The notes beneath the pieces were generated by a model, which had not been told where the DNA came from, made no database searches, and saw nothing but the letters and a program-made list of their open reading frames with translations. This document shows positions 60,901 to 64,000 of a DNA stretch of 64,000 nt, piece by piece. Position 1 is the stretch's first letter. Each line of letters opens with the position of its first letter. The stretch spans positions 2,976,001 through 3,040,000 of the forward strand of contig OU015568.1 in the NCBI GenBank assembly GCA_907165135.1, given 5' to 3'. Position numbers and translations under genes: made by a program. The stretch comes from Oikopleura dioica (lineage: Eukaryota; Animalia; Chordata).

Positions 60901-61595
60901 TTCCTCTCGCTCCGAAAGAGTCGCGAAGACGGGCAAGGCAACAGATCCGCCATTGCATCGTCTCACATGATGAAGCACCCAGCGATTACAAACAGCCATC
61001 TTGCCCAAATGATCCAGGTTTTAACATTTTTAAATACCTTTTCTATAAATTTCTAGCGCCGAAAAAGTCTGATGAGCCACGCATCAAAACAAAGTTACGA
61101 ATCTTCTTCCTCTCTCGATCCTTATTCGAAACATTCTCTGTTCTCGAAAGGATCGGGTGGCAAAATTTCCGGCAAAAGAAGTGGCGACTCGCATGCAAAA
61201 ATATTTCCAAGCGATCTACTCAATCCTGAGAAAAACCTCAGCAATAACGAGTCATTCCTTACCGAAACGAGTCGATCTACTCAAAAAAGTCATACTACTG
61301 GCCAGGGAGATAATCCAGATGAAGTCGAACACGCCAACTGGGAGATTTTGATTCAGATTCACGAAGACAGGATCAGGAAAGGGCTCAAATTTTGACTAGT
61401 TTTTGCCATTTTCACTGTTGAACTTGAAAATTTGAAACCCGAAAAAGCGGAACACCACGAGATACGCTCTGGCCACAAGACTCGCTCTTTGTCTACCTTG
61501 AATTGATGGAAAAGCTTCAAGAGAATCTTCAAGAAAGAGCTGAAATCATGCGAATCTTTTCCACTCTTGTCGTCGACGGAAATGATACAAGCTAA
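57975..61595 (+). CDS. CATSPER2: CatSper2-like sperm cation channel alpha subunit
   Basis: Pre-S1 ALVKF...SRLHRVRF..PPVSYIA, pore FATLFQILTLDQW, S6 MWLWLANVTFKNLITGIIVNSF and C-terminal LWPQDSLFVYLELMEKLQENLQER match the CatSper2 pattern as recalled (TLDHW; WPRDSLFRYFELLEKLQYNLEER). Confidence 0.85.
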
Positions 61596-61680
61596 TTATT
61601 TCCCGTCGAAAATTATATCCTGCCATTTATTCAATGAATAATAATAAGTATAAAATGTTTTTAAAATCGTATAATTATGT

Positions 61681-63890
61681 TTATTGAAAGAAAATACTTT
61701 TTGATAGCAGCAGATTTGTGTCTTTAACAAGATCATTTTTTGTTGGGTCTCCTCGGTAAAGGTCAAGTAGCTAAAAGTCGTGAGCAGACTTTTTCAAATA
61801 AATGATTACCTCTAAGAATTTATCTCTTTCGTTGTCATAGAAATTTCCGGTGCACCAGTCAGTTCCGAGGTAGCCTTGTTTTTCGTAATAGCCTCCGATA
61901 TCAATGGGAATTATTCTTTTTGTTTCATAGTAGGCTTTCGCTGATCCACTTTAAATTGGTTTTTGAGAAACTCCTAAATTGAGAGAACCCTTTTTCAAAA
62001 ACCAAAACCCATAAACAGGCCCCATTCGCTGAAAAATCCTCGTGTAAAGCTTCCCATTTTCATCCCCTGGAATCGGCGGTAGAACATGTCCTTTGCTCTT
62101 TTGCTCCTCAATGTAATTAAGAATCTCCTCTATGATTTCAGAGTAGGCTTCTGGATTTTCTGAATCAGGACCGACGAGATTCTCAATTTCAAATGGGTCC
62201 TCCTCGAGATTGTACAAGCTGTATCCGTCCAGCAGGACTTTTTTCTCATAATCGTCAGCAACAGTAATCGACTCCGAGAATACTCTTTCCCAGTAGCTGC
62301 TCGGGCGATCGAAAAATCTTCGTAGCTCGCTGTTTACTGTTACTTTCTTGGATGCATTTGTCTTTTTTAGAAAAGATTTTTACAAAAAATTGCACTTAAA
62401 GATTTCTTGTCCGATCAAAATTATTGCATCCGTTCCTGGTTTGTCTGCATTTTCATCGCATTTAAAAGTATTTACCTTCATATTGAAGTTCATAAATTTA
62501 TACCTTCCATATCTAACAGCAATCTGATCCTCCCACCTTTGCTTCTTCTCATTGTAAAAATCCAAAACGCCGTAGACAAAACTCTCCCTCTTATTCTTCA
62601 CCCATCGATTTTCAAGTTCTATTTTTCTCGAAATTCCGTCCATGCTTGAGTCTGGCTCGATTCCCGCGAAATCAAGAAAGGTGGGGACCCAGTCGACGAT
62701 GTGGAAGGGATAGTTCAACCTTGATCGTGCGAATTTTCTAGTGGTGGATATGAGGAAAGAGGGGCTAAGAACACCGCCCTCAAAAAGAGAGTTTTTAAAT
62801 CCCTTGTACGGGTAGTTGCATGCTCGTGGGGTGTAGTCAAGCTCATCATAATCAACTGCGCTCGAGTCGGGACTTCTTCCGCCGCCAAATTTCTTCACAG
62901 CGCCTCCGTTATCCGACTGAAAAACAATCAGCGTCTCTCTATGTTTGTCCTTCTTTGCTTGTTGGTAAATCTCTCTGACAGCCGTATCGATTTGGTTGAC
63001 AGCTGCGAGGTGTTCAGCCCGAGTGTAAGCGATTTCAGGGTGCTTTTCTTGGATTCTAGCGATGAGCTCTTCCGGCGCTCGGGTTGGCTCGTGAGGCGCG
63101 TTGAAAGCGAGATAGACGTAAGCAGGCGTGTTGGTCTTCTTTGATTGCTTGAGAATTTCAACTGTTCGATCGCGAAACAGATCTGTAGTCCATTCTCCAT
63201 CAGATTGTAAGTCAAGTTTGTGCCGTTCCTCTGTATTGTCGTAGAAATCATGGAAAAATGTCTTTGATCGTTTTATGTAATGTCCTCTGTAATCCACAGC
63301 GCCGGAGTAGTGGCCATAAAAAGTGTCGAAACCTCGGTTTGTTGGGAGATACGAGCTGTTGCAAACTCCTAAATGCCATTTTCCAACGGCGTGCGTGTCG
63401 TAGCCGACTTCTTTCAAATACTCAGGAAGGGTTTTGTCATTCGTATTCATTCCGAAGGGGACTTCTCGGGCGATCGGAAAGGATCCCATGCCGCTTCGGA
63501 AAGCATAGCGGCCAGTGAGAGCCATAGCACGGGAGGGGGAACACCGATGGGAGGAGTACATTTGCGTAAACTGAGGGAGTGAGAAAGAGGTTGTTCGACC
63601 TGACTTACTTGGGTTCCATTTTTAACGAGTTTATCCATAAACGGAGTTGATTCTAGCCCAACATTGTTCCAACCAACATCTGCCCAGCCCAAATCATCGA
63701 CCAAAATATACACTTCTCTGTTTTCAATACTCTATCTCTAGATATGAAAATTTGGGAAATAAAGGAAGATTTTTTTTAATTTGATAGAAAACAGTCCTAT
63801 ATTTGGTCTTTCATCCTGACTTTCTTCTGCAAAACTCTCTGTAGTTAAAAATGAAAGAATAAGTGCCAAACATGTCCGAATTTTTTTCAT
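61681..63890 (-). CDS. Arylsulfatase, ARSB/I/J-like
   Basis: Signal peptide MKKIRTCLALILSFL, RPNIVYILVDDLGWADVGW, formylglycine motif CSPSR...TGRY, GKWHLG, RGFDTFYG, FQSDNGG, YPYKGFK, LYNLEEDPFE. Confidence 0.93.
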
Positions 63891-64000
63891 TATCTGAAAA
63901 AAACGTTCTGTTTGATAATTAGAAATATTTAGACAGTTTGACGCGAATTCAGTGACCTTAAATTCTCTGACTCAAGAAGCTCAATTAGTCGTGTTTCCGA

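Noticed and set aside
55600-61595. Pseudogene status for the dioxygenase and CatSper2
   Set aside because: Catalytic and pore motifs are intact, and the defects are single-base homopolymer indels typical of sequencing error.
10820-63582. Many antisense or alternate-frame ORFs over real genes (for example 10820-11182, 56490-56945, 59996-60406)
   Set aside because: Shadows of the coding strand with no independent evidence.
1-64000. CRISPR array, prophage or bacterial operon interpretation of the repeated hairpins
   Set aside because: The repeats are dispersed inverted pairs, not tandem direct repeats with spacers, and the genes are intron-containing animal genes.

Overview
Eukaryotic, AT-rich, very compact animal DNA. 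It is most likely the larvacean tunicate Oikopleura (inference from 39-70 nt introns, several GA-AG introns and a lineage-type CPxxxxCPxGCPC protein family). No prokaryotic features, CRISPR array, rRNA or tRNA were recognised. Spliced genes reconstructed by hand, in order: claudin (-), SLC43-like MFS transporter (+), ADF/cofilin (+), uncharacterised type-II membrane paralog 1 (-), flotillin-1 (+), non-alpha nicotinic receptor subunit (-), secreted ZP protein (-), small two-repeat secreted protein (+), paralogs 2 and 3 (+), C/EBP bZIP factor (-), single-pass membrane protein (-), RING finger (-), an 11.5-kb latrophilin (-), gamma-butyrobetaine-dioxygenase-like (-), CatSper2 (+) and an arylsulfatase (-). 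Non-coding DNA holds at least five kinds of non-autonomous terminal-inverted-repeat (TIR) elements. Best leads: (1) a hairpin MITE family carrying twin AP-1 sites and a built-in 3' splice site, one copy of which sits in coding sequence of paralog 3 and could be a newly gained intron; (2) a CatSper2 with two ~120-aa Cys-containing extracellular insertions in the voltage sensor; (3) a latrophilin with a half-length GAIN region and a degenerate cleavage/tethered-agonist motif; (4) three perfect CArG boxes upstream of cofilin. Several one-base homopolymer frameshifts suggest uncorrected sequencing errors. All exon coordinates are manual and untested.
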